This document shows, one piece after another, positions 9,120-17,367 of a stretch of DNA of 64,000 nucleotides. How positions within the stretch are numbered: the first letter of the stretch is position 1; every line of letters starts with the position of its first letter. Both the position numbers and the translations under genes were made by a program. The notes beneath the pieces are model-generated. The model did not search any database. It was given only the letters and a program-made list of their open reading frames with translations, and was not told the origin of the DNA. The DNA is taken from positions 80,876-144,875 of IMG/VR virus record IMGVR_UViG_3300026549_000040. One strand, given 5' to 3'. This DNA comes from a virus (lineage: Duplodnaviria > Caudoviricetes).

Positions 9120-10073
9120 GTGCCAGATAATAAAGTACCAAATGTAAATGAATTGGGCGAGGTACATATCTATAAAGATGATGCTACTGGAGATATGTAC
9201 ATATTTGATGGAACCCAATTAGTAAAGATTGGAAATTCAACTCCTCAAATAGGTGATAAAGGGGATCGTGAATTTCAAGATAAAGAAGAAGAAGAAAGAA
9301 AAGCTCAGATTGAAAAAGAAAGAGCTGAAGCTGAAGAAAACGGAGAAGAGGTAGACGAAGAAGAAACCGAAGAAGAAAAACAGCAACGTATTGATGATAT
9401 AAAAAACATGATGGGTGATGAAGGTATAGCAGATGATATACAAAATGAAACCCGTGGTCATGTAGATAAAGAGTTAAAGAAAAAGCGTGCTGCTAAAGAA
9501 AAAGAAGTAAAAAAGTATACTTCTTCTATGCAAAGATTTAGAGAATCTTTAAGAAGATTCATTGCTAACCAAGTTAGCGAAATAAGAGATAGAACATTCA
9601 AACGTGAAGATCCTTCTTATGAAGGTTCTGGTATTATAAGACCTGGTCGAATGATAGATGATAATAATAAAATACCTAAAATTAATGTTTACTTTGACCA
9701 GTCCAGCTCTTGGGGAGATGCTGATATTAGAAAAGGTGAAGAAGCAATTGGTGTTTTGAATAATTATGTTAAAAGAGGCGAGATCACAATAGATGTATAT
9801 TATTTTAGTGACTTTGTTTCTGATAACAAAGAACAAGTAGCTGGTGGTGGAACAGCTGCTGGTGCAGAGTTAATCGAGCACATACAGGCAACGAAGCCGG
9901 ATAATGTAATTGTAATGACAGATGCTGATTTTGATCATTGGGGAGAAATTAACGAAGCACCTAATATAAAGGTTCCGGGTGCTGTATGGCTTTTATTCAG
10001 AAAGGGTGAAAGATCAATATTATTGCAACAACACCTTAAAGGTAGAAAGCAAACAAGAGTATTTGATTTTTAA
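9120..10073 (+). CDS. vWA-domain protein (DUF2201 C-terminal type)
   Basis: MIDAS VYFDQSSSW, GGGT, VMTDAD; E/K-rich coiled coil; GTG start after GAGGAG. Confidence 0.85.
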   Translation: MPDNKVPNVNELGEVHIYKDDATGDMYIFDGTQLVKIGNSTPQIGDKGDREFQDKEEEERKAQIEKERAEAEENGEEVDEEETEEEKQQRIDDIKNMMGDEGIADDIQNETRGHVDKELKKKRAAKEKEVKKYTSSMQRFRESLRRFIANQVSEIRDRTFKREDPSYEGSGIIRPGRMIDDNNKIPKINVYFDQSSSWGDADIRKGEEAIGVLNNYVKRGEITIDVYYFSDFVSDNKEQVAGGGTAAGAELIEHIQATKPDNVIVMTDADFDHWGEINEAPNIKVPGAVWLLFRKGERSILLQQHLKGRKQTRVFDF

Positions 10074-10094
10074 TTTAATAAGGATTAAGTTATA

Positions 10095-10652
10095 ATGATA
10101 AAATTAGAAGACAACGAAAAAGAAATTCTTAGAGAACTTGGGAAAAAGTATCTTAAGAATAATGATATACTTGGATTCTGTAGGGCACAAGATTCAGCTG
10201 GTGCCATTAATCCAGGAAGAATAATGCAGTTTTTAATGGAAAATGGTGTGCCAGTGTTTGACTATTTAGAATTTATACCTGATAAAATGTTTCTAGGAGC
10301 AGAAATTGAATCTATTTCTATTCCAAATCATATAACTAGAATAGGAAAATCAGCATTCCGTAATTGTAGTGATTTAACTTCTGTGAATATAGGCGATTCT
10401 GTTATTCAGATAGGGGATCATGCATTTGGAAATTGTGGAAAGCTTACAGAAGTTTTCTTACCAAACTCTGTTAGAGTGCTTGGGTCTGATGTTTTTGAGG
10501 ATTGTTCAAATAATCTTATTATATATGCTGAGAAGAGAGGTCCTGGAAATAGATTAAAATGTAAACAAGGGGAAATACCTTGGTATAAAGAGCATCTATT
10601 TAGACAGCCAGAAACTACTGAAGAAGATGCAGAACAAGAAGAACAACTATAG
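10095..10652 (+). CDS. BspA-type leucine-rich-repeat protein
   Basis: Three IPxxIxxIGxxAFxxCxxL-type repeats. Confidence 0.85.
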   Translation: MIKLEDNEKEILRELGKKYLKNNDILGFCRAQDSAGAINPGRIMQFLMENGVPVFDYLEFIPDKMFLGAEIESISIPNHITRIGKSAFRNCSDLTSVNIGDSVIQIGDHAFGNCGKLTEVFLPNSVRVLGSDVFEDCSNNLIIYAEKRGPGNRLKCKQGEIPWYKEHLFRQPETTEEDAEQEEQL

Positions 10653-10667
10653 ATTGGATTTATTAGA

Positions 10668-11798
10668 ATGTTAAGATTAAGAAATTTAACAGAAAGTTTA
10701 GAAAAAAGATATAATTTAAGTGAATCTCGTGACTTGAATGAATCTGATAAGTTAAATGAGAAACTTAGTGACGATATGCCAGATTGGTTTGCGAAAAGAT
10801 TATTAACTACAAAATATACTGATTCAAGTCGTATTTATAAGAGGGATCTAGGAGGCTCTGCACATTTTGCCGGAGGTAACAATTATACTTATCTTAAGGG
10901 TAAAGGCGCTAAGAAAAATCCTAATTATGGTAAAGTACCAGATTATAAACAATCTGAATATGATGATCAATCACTATTTACAGGGTTACTACATAAGGGC
11001 ATAAGTCTAGATAATGTGAAAATTATAGAAGGCCCAGTACCAATTTCTGATACAGATAAAAGATTACAGCCGCCTAATATCCCAATTTTTCTTCTTAATG
11101 ATGGTGTAGTATATATTCCTGGTGTAAATGATGAAGAAAAACTTGGAAGTAGAAAGACATTAGGAGCGTATAAAATAAGTGCTTTATTGCCTCAATGTAA
11201 AAAATTTGCTTACATAGATGGAAATGACCCAGATAATTTTAAAAGAGAATATAAACGGAATACAAGATACAAAGACCGTAGTGGTTCAATATATAGAGCT
11301 GATAGTCCTGAAAAAGATAGAGATGGAAATCCAATAGGCGGTCTAAAAAATACTTATTGGAATAAATATGATAAATCAGGATATAAGATTATTCCTCCAG
11401 CAGAGAAATATAAAGATAAATTAGATGAAATAAAAGCTAAGAAAATTTATGAAATTATGAAGAAATATGAAGATTATCTTACTGATGCACAGCAAGAAAT
11501 TGCAAACTATATTTCTTCTTTATCTATGAAAGAATATCGTTTAAATAATGATACCATAGAACGATTACAAACTATATTAAATAATGCTATAGGATATTAT
11601 GTAGCTGTCGATAAACATATAAACGAAATAGTTAATGATACGTCTACTACTGATGAAGAAAAAAGAGATAGGTTAGTTGATCTAATAAACTCAAATTATC
11701 CTTATAGATGGGAAGGAGTTAAACAATTAGATAGAGAAGTAGTTAGATTAAAAGATGCTTCAAAAGACGTATTTAACGCAACTATAGATTGGATATAA
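10668..11798 (+). CDS. Putative internal virion protein with N-terminal LxE array
   Basis: LTES, LSES, LNES and LNEK within the first 32 aa. Confidence 0.6.
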   Translation: MLRLRNLTESLEKRYNLSESRDLNESDKLNEKLSDDMPDWFAKRLLTTKYTDSSRIYKRDLGGSAHFAGGNNYTYLKGKGAKKNPNYGKVPDYKQSEYDDQSLFTGLLHKGISLDNVKIIEGPVPISDTDKRLQPPNIPIFLLNDGVVYIPGVNDEEKLGSRKTLGAYKISALLPQCKKFAYIDGNDPDNFKREYKRNTRYKDRSGSIYRADSPEKDRDGNPIGGLKNTYWNKYDKSGYKIIPPAEKYKDKLDEIKAKKIYEIMKKYEDYLTDAQQEIANYISSLSMKEYRLNNDTIERLQTILNNAIGYYVAVDKHINEIVNDTSTTDEEKRDRLVDLINSNYPYRWEGVKQLDREVVRLKDASKDVFNATIDWI

Positions 11799-11812
11799 AT
11801 TAAGGATATTAT

Positions 11813-12856
11813 ATGAATATAAGAACATTAACAGAATGTTTAGATACTAAACTAAAAACAGAAGCTTTTGAGTATGAATTTGATGATGAATTAGATTATA
11901 TAATGGATGATGATTCATTATCAGATGAAGAAAAAGAACAAGCTATAAAGGATCTGTATAATAAATACAACATAGATGAAAGTTGGAGTGATGAAGATAT
12001 ATCTTCAATACCATTTTCAGAATTAATTAGTGGTAATTGGTTTGGTGCAAAAGAGAGTGATTATGGTGGAACTGTAGATAAGTCATTCTTTTCTAAATGG
12101 GGAGATACAGAAGATACCAAGTTTTCAGATGAAGATCCTGAATCATTAAATGAAGATTGGGATGATGATTCATTATCTGATATTGAAAGAGAACAAGCTA
12201 TCAGTGATTTATATTCTAAATATAATTTGCACGAAAGTAATTCTTGTGATGGGTGGATAGCTTTTTATAATGGTAAGAAATTAGAAATACCAAAATCTGA
12301 TGTAGACGGCGGTATATATGAAGCAAAACAAAAAGCTATTAAAGAGTTAAAAGTTCCTAAATCTAAGATTGGTCTTTTAAGTATAAAGCCTGCTTATAAT
12401 GAATCCTTAAATGAAGGAAGAAAATCAACAAAGAAAAAATTTATAATTCGTAGAGAGCAACGTGGGTCTATATTTAATGATGACTGGCATGAAATAAGAC
12501 CGCTTGAAGTAATGGCTAAAAATGCTCAAGAAGCACAGGATAAATATCGCAGGATACTAAGAAGCAGAGGTAAAACTGCTAATCAATATGAAAGACATAT
12601 AGATATTAAGGAAGCTGATCCACAGAATGAATCATTAACTGAAAGTGTTGCAGGAGATATTATTTGGGAAAAAGTTAGAGATTATATTCAAGAATTAATA
12701 GAAACAGAAGTAGTAGATAATCTGGCTAGTGTTGTTTCTTCAGAAATACCTGAATATAATCCAGATTGGTGCGGTGATTCATCTTTTACAAGTCAACGCG
12801 CAGTTGAAAAGCTTGCAGAAGAATTAGCTACAGAATTAATGTTTAATCTAGAATAA
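11813..12856 (+). CDS. Putative virion polyprotein of short modules separated by ESLNE-like sites
   Basis: Boundaries LTE, IDES, ESLNED, LHES, ESLNEG, ESLTES; duplicated DDDSLSDxExEQAIxDLYxKYN. Confidence 0.6.
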   Translation: MNIRTLTECLDTKLKTEAFEYEFDDELDYIMDDDSLSDEEKEQAIKDLYNKYNIDESWSDEDISSIPFSELISGNWFGAKESDYGGTVDKSFFSKWGDTEDTKFSDEDPESLNEDWDDDSLSDIEREQAISDLYSKYNLHESNSCDGWIAFYNGKKLEIPKSDVDGGIYEAKQKAIKELKVPKSKIGLLSIKPAYNESLNEGRKSTKKKFIIRREQRGSIFNDDWHEIRPLEVMAKNAQEAQDKYRRILRSRGKTANQYERHIDIKEADPQNESLTESVAGDIIWEKVRDYIQELIETEVVDNLASVVSSEIPEYNPDWCGDSSFTSQRAVEKLAEELATELMFNLE

Positions 12857-12871
12857 ATATAAAGGAAATAA

Positions 12872-13366
12872 ATGTTAGTATATGAAAAGAAAGTAGATGG
12901 CACAAGACATCTTTATGGAAAAGTAGAAGGAACAGTTCCGGCTGTTGATGATGTTCAACTAACTTATAAAGATGCTGATGGTCAAGAATTAGAGTTAGTA
13001 GAAAAAGATACATACAAAGATAATGGTAAGGGTGGTATTTATAGAGTATCAGATAATGCTGCTGTAAATGTATTTATTGGTGATACTCAAATTATTGGTG
13101 AAGAGATTGAAGAACCCGATACTCCTTTAATTACAAGTATTACAGTAACTCCTCCGACTAAGACTACTTATAATGGTGGTGAAACTTTAGATTTAACTGG
13201 TATGGTAGTAACTGCTAATTTTGATAATGGAGATACAGAAGTATTAACTGAAGGATTTACAACATCTCCTGCTGAAGGGGCTACGTTACAAGGCGGTGAA
13301 ACAGTGACAGTTACTGTTTCTTATTATGAATTAACAGATACGTTTGAAGTAACTGTTGGACAATAA
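12872..13366 (+). CDS. Ig-like domain virion decoration protein
   Basis: SITVTPPTKTTYNGGETLDLTGMVVTA...VTVSY...FEVTV bacterial Ig-like pattern. Confidence 0.75.
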   Translation: MLVYEKKVDGTRHLYGKVEGTVPAVDDVQLTYKDADGQELELVEKDTYKDNGKGGIYRVSDNAAVNVFIGDTQIIGEEIEEPDTPLITSITVTPPTKTTYNGGETLDLTGMVVTANFDNGDTEVLTEGFTTSPAEGATLQGGETVTVTVSYYELTDTFEVTVGQ

Positions 13367-13388
13367 GTATAATAATTAAGGTAGTATA

Positions 13389-14129
13389 ATGCATATTGAT
13401 GATTTTAGAGATGAGGTAAAGTTAAAATTAACTGGAGATATTCTTGAATCTGAATTAGATGATGATACATTAAATAAAATTATCAAAAGTGCATTAAGAG
13501 AACTTCAAAGATATATAAATCATACAAAGTTAATTACAATACCTTATAAGCCTTGTATTGATTTATCTAACGAAGAAGATACTAATAATGTAAAGATAGA
13601 TGTTAATTCTGTTGTAATGGTATACAGAACAGAAGATTTAGCAGGAACAACTTCAGGAGAAGGTGATGGTGGAACTTCTGATCCTATGCAGGTAGCACAA
13701 TGGCAATTATTAAGTGGTATGGGGAATATAATGTATTTCCAAGATGCTGTATACAACTATGGAGCTTGGACTACATTACAACAAATAAGGAATACTACTT
13801 CAACAGACTTAGCATTTAGATTTGATAAAGATTCAAGTAAGTTATATATTAATGTTCCTAATGGTACACCAAGCAAGATCACATTAGAGTATGTTCCGAT
13901 TATACATAATGTAGATGAAATTAAATCTCCTTACTGGATAGATATGTTAGTAAGATTATCAGTAGCACTAACAAAAGTAACAGTAGGGAGAATAAGAACA
14001 AGATATACTCAAAGTAATGCTTTATGGCAAAGCGATGGTGATACTATTCTTTCAGAAGGAAAAGAAGAATTAAATAGTTTACGGGAAATGTTACTTCAGA
14101 ATTCAGAATTAACATACCCAATAGATTAA
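13389..14129 (+). CDS. Neck/head-tail adaptor (T4 gp13-like)
   Basis: ELDDDTL..II..AL N-terminus; W...L..AL.K...GRIR.RY...DG..ILSEGKEEL..L C-terminus; position. Confidence 0.65.
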   Translation: MHIDDFRDEVKLKLTGDILESELDDDTLNKIIKSALRELQRYINHTKLITIPYKPCIDLSNEEDTNNVKIDVNSVVMVYRTEDLAGTTSGEGDGGTSDPMQVAQWQLLSGMGNIMYFQDAVYNYGAWTTLQQIRNTTSTDLAFRFDKDSSKLYINVPNGTPSKITLEYVPIIHNVDEIKSPYWIDMLVRLSVALTKVTVGRIRTRYTQSNALWQSDGDTILSEGKEELNSLREMLLQNSELTYPID

Positions 14130-14144
14130 TAGGAGAATAATTTA

Positions 14145-15686
14145 ATGGATAAAAATTTTATTCAGGAAGCATTTAAGCAAGTTTATCTAACAGAAGATGC
14201 TGAAGAATTTTCATTAAATGTTTCTGGTCCAGACGATACTGAATCATTCATGGATATTGTTAATTCTGATGAATACGCAGATGATGAAATGATATCTGAT
14301 GTTTATGATTTAGAGGCTGAAGCAAAAGAAGACTTAAAGCAATCATATATCGGTAAAGTAATATTAGACTGTAATGTATGTCATAGTAATGTATTCGTTG
14401 ATAAAGATGAGATTACTGAAAATGAAGATGGTGTTTGTTGTGAAGAATTAGAATGCCCGTATTGCATGTCTAATGAAGGTTACACTATTATAGGTGAAGT
14501 TAAACCTTATCAAGAAGCTGATGAAAATACGGACGAGATAGAAGATATTGAAGTAAATACTTCAGATGATGAACCAGTAGAAATAGAAGCTGATGAAGAA
14601 CCTGAAGAAGATGAAGATTTAGAAGAAGGCCTTAAAGCAGACAAAGTAAAAGCTCTTCAAAGAAACGACAAACTTGATGGACAAAAGGGTCTTGGAAGAG
14701 GTAAAGGTTTAGAAGCATCAGATGATATTCGTGGTCCTAAGTATAAAGAACTGAATGAATGTGGTGATCCAGAAGAAATAAATGAATGTGGTGATACAGA
14801 AGAACTTAATGAAGCCAAGAAAAAAGGCACCCCTTGGGTAGTAGAGTCTGATGTAGATGGTGAAATAGCAAGAGTAAAATCAGAAAATGAAGCTAAAGAA
14901 ACCATAGCGGAATTAAAGAAAGAAGATAAAAAACTGAGAAAGGGTAAGAAAGTTAAATATTCTTACAAATTTGATGAATCAGTTGATAAGAGTTTATATG
15001 ATAAAGTTCAAAACACTATGAATGAAGATATAGAAGATATATCTGTTTCTACTTCTAATGAAACCACAACTATATCTACAAAAGATGATGGTGGAGTGGT
15101 AGTAGAAACTTCCCCTAAAGAAGATGAAGATTCATTTGAAGAATATACGGGTGATGAAATGATTGCACCTATAGAACCTGAAACTGAGTCAGACATATCT
15201 GATACCTTAGAAGCTGATACTGAAGATACAGAAGAAATTCCAGAAGATGAAATTCCAGAAGAGGAAACTTCAGAAGAGGAGACTCCAGAAGGTGAAGGAG
15301 AAGATGAATTCGAAGAGTTTGATGAAGAATCATTTAATGATTTAGGTGAATCTTATCTTAAAAGATGTTATGAAAATGTAACTTCTTTTGAAACTTCCAG
15401 AGTAACCTTAAATGAGAATAAAGACTTCGTGGTAGAAGGTAATATTGGTTTTGATTCAGGAAATAAGAAAGCTACTCAATTTGTATTTTCACAGAAGTCA
15501 AATAATGATGGAAAATTAAAGTTGGAAGGTTATAATAAACAAATCAGCAGAGGCAAGAAAACATTTAAACTTAATTGCTCAGTCAATAACAAAACTCTAG
15601 TATGTGAATCATTAAACTATAATTACAAAGGCAAGAATGATTTAAATGAATCTGTAAGAGTTTATGGCACTGTTAAACGGAAATAA
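14145..15686 (+). CDS. Acidic prohead core/scaffold-like protein with Zn ribbon
   Basis: Very D/E-rich; CNVC...CPYC; many LNE/INE/LEE sites. Confidence 0.55.
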   Translation: MDKNFIQEAFKQVYLTEDAEEFSLNVSGPDDTESFMDIVNSDEYADDEMISDVYDLEAEAKEDLKQSYIGKVILDCNVCHSNVFVDKDEITENEDGVCCEELECPYCMSNEGYTIIGEVKPYQEADENTDEIEDIEVNTSDDEPVEIEADEEPEEDEDLEEGLKADKVKALQRNDKLDGQKGLGRGKGLEASDDIRGPKYKELNECGDPEEINECGDTEELNEAKKKGTPWVVESDVDGEIARVKSENEAKETIAELKKEDKKLRKGKKVKYSYKFDESVDKSLYDKVQNTMNEDIEDISVSTSNETTTISTKDDGGVVVETSPKEDEDSFEEYTGDEMIAPIEPETESDISDTLEADTEDTEEIPEDEIPEEETSEEETPEGEGEDEFEEFDEESFNDLGESYLKRCYENVTSFETSRVTLNENKDFVVEGNIGFDSGNKKATQFVFSQKSNNDGKLKLEGYNKQISRGKKTFKLNCSVNNKTLVCESLNYNYKGKNDLNESVRVYGTVKRK

Positions 15687-15700
15687 AATTGGGAGTTTTA

Positions 15701-15934
15701 ATGAAGTATAGAAATATATGTACTAGTGATGCTTTTAATGAGGCTTATTCACTAGAAGAAGCTAATGCGAATTTAGCTACTAGATTTTATGAGCTTACTA
15801 AAGATTGGGATCCATATGAAGTTATGCAAGATTTTTTAGAATTTGTTCCAGATAAAGTATTACAGGATTATGTAGATTGGCTTGAGGAAACAAGTTTAGA
15901 TGAATCTTATAATTTAAAAAAAAGTAAAGATTAA
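15701..15934 (+). CDS. Small acidic LxE-bounded protein
   Basis: GGAG SD before ATG 15701; module resembles the C-terminus of 21132..21932. Confidence 0.6.
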   Translation: MKYRNICTSDAFNEAYSLEEANANLATRFYELTKDWDPYEVMQDFLEFVPDKVLQDYVDWLEETSLDESYNLKKSKD

Positions 15935-16041
15935 TGAAGCATTAAGAGTTACAAAAGCAAGAGATTATAATACTAAGTTCAGAACTAGTATATGTACTTT
16001 ATGAAAATAATCTAACTATGTGATTTAAACTGAGGAACTAA

Positions 16042-16611
16042 ATGGAACATCAGAAATATGGTCAATTATTAACTCCAGATATAAAAATACATAGACAATA
16101 TTTTAGAGAAATGGTAAAACTCTTAGGAATAAGGGTTTTATATAGAGCTCCTAAGATTAATAAAGATTACAGTTTGTATCGGGAACTCGAGTCAGACTAT
16201 GAAGATCCAATATTAATAGGTTGTATTTTTGATGAACATCCTACTCAACAAACTTTAAGAAAAATTGGTTGGGTTTCAGAATTAAATGAGAATTCTTCAT
16301 TTATTCATGTAGATTATGATCTACCTGGTTTACAACAAGGAGCTTTATTTATTATACCAAGTGGTTTAGATGATGGAAAAGGTAGAGTATTTCGTGTTGT
16401 AAAAATGGTAACAGAAATAGTTTATCCATCATCTATAACTTGTGAAATAGTGCCTCAATATGAGAATGATTTTAAATCAATATCTGGAGGAAAAGATATA
16501 AAAGAATTAGTGGAATCAGAAGAGCTTAATATATTAAATAATGAAAGTATAAGGCCAATGACTTCCTATTTAGAAGATTTAGAAAAAGAATTGGCATTGA
16601 ATGGAGATTAG
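16042..16611 (+). CDS. Head-closure/neck protein (T4 gp14-like)
   Basis: F.EM..L.G..V.Y N-terminus; lies between adaptor and terminator. Confidence 0.5.
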   Translation: MEHQKYGQLLTPDIKIHRQYFREMVKLLGIRVLYRAPKINKDYSLYRELESDYEDPILIGCIFDEHPTQQTLRKIGWVSELNENSSFIHVDYDLPGLQQGALFIIPSGLDDGKGRVFRVVKMVTEIVYPSSITCEIVPQYENDFKSISGGKDIKELVESEELNILNNESIRPMTSYLEDLEKELALNGD

Positions 16612-17346
16612 ATGTCTACATATTTATATGATGAAGCAATAGTTAAAAAATTTAAAAATTGGACTTCAACTTCCAAAACACAAATATATGGGCCTTCTGA
16701 AACTAGAAGATTATTTGAAATAATAGCAGATAAGACTACTGATTCAAAAATAAAATTACCATTTATATCTATAAATAGAGAACTTGGATATGATATTATT
16801 AATGATGGCACTACAAGACGTCCATTGTCCTATGACGGTGTAAATAGAATGTATGACCCATCCACTAAGACAATGACTATAATGAATGCCATACCTATTA
16901 CTATTAGATATCAAGTTAATGTATATGCAAGGTATGCTCAAGAAGCAGATATATTAATGCGTAATTTAATATTTAATATTGTTAATTTTCCTGCTATGAC
17001 AATAGATGTTCCAGCAGCAGATCAAGAACATACTGCTAGAATATCTATTGCTGATACTACTATAAGAGATACTTCTAATATTGCAGAAAGATTTATAGAA
17101 GGAAATTTAACTTGTTTAAGTATTTCTATTGAAATTAGAGATGCTTACTTATGGGATGTTAGAAAACACCGCGATGCGGAAATTGAATTAAGAATAGATG
17201 ACATTTATGAGAATAAGAATTTTGAATGTCTTTCTTGTGGGTTTATATATCAAGGTTATATACCGCCTGCAGCATGTCCTATGTGTGGTGAAAATAACTG
17301 GCAAGTAAAACCCTATAGCAGAGAATTAAATTCTAATCAAGATTAA
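16612..17346 (+). CDS. Tail terminator/completion protein (T4 gp15-like) with C-terminal rubredoxin-like domain
   Basis: KLPFISI.R...PITI.YQV.VYA pattern; immediately before the sheath; FECLSCGFIY...CPMCG. Confidence 0.6.
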   Translation: MSTYLYDEAIVKKFKNWTSTSKTQIYGPSETRRLFEIIADKTTDSKIKLPFISINRELGYDIINDGTTRRPLSYDGVNRMYDPSTKTMTIMNAIPITIRYQVNVYARYAQEADILMRNLIFNIVNFPAMTIDVPAADQEHTARISIADTTIRDTSNIAERFIEGNLTCLSISIEIRDAYLWDVRKHRDAEIELRIDDIYENKNFECLSCGFIYQGYIPPAACPMCGENNWQVKPYSRELNSNQD

Positions 17347-17367
17347 TTAAATGGAGAATAAAAATTA

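Noticed and set aside
8636-9141. Alternative-frame ORFs 8636..9058 (+) and 8695..9141 (-)
   Set aside because: Shadows of the CAAGGT repeat, which lacks stops in those frames; no SD.
7760-10073. Split intein or intron explaining the three-gene split
   Set aside because: No C/S...HN intein termini or intron-sized gaps; each ORF has its own SD and start.
14145-15686. Major capsid protein call
   Set aside because: Extremely acidic and low-complexity with no HK97-like features I can recognise; fits a core/scaffold better.
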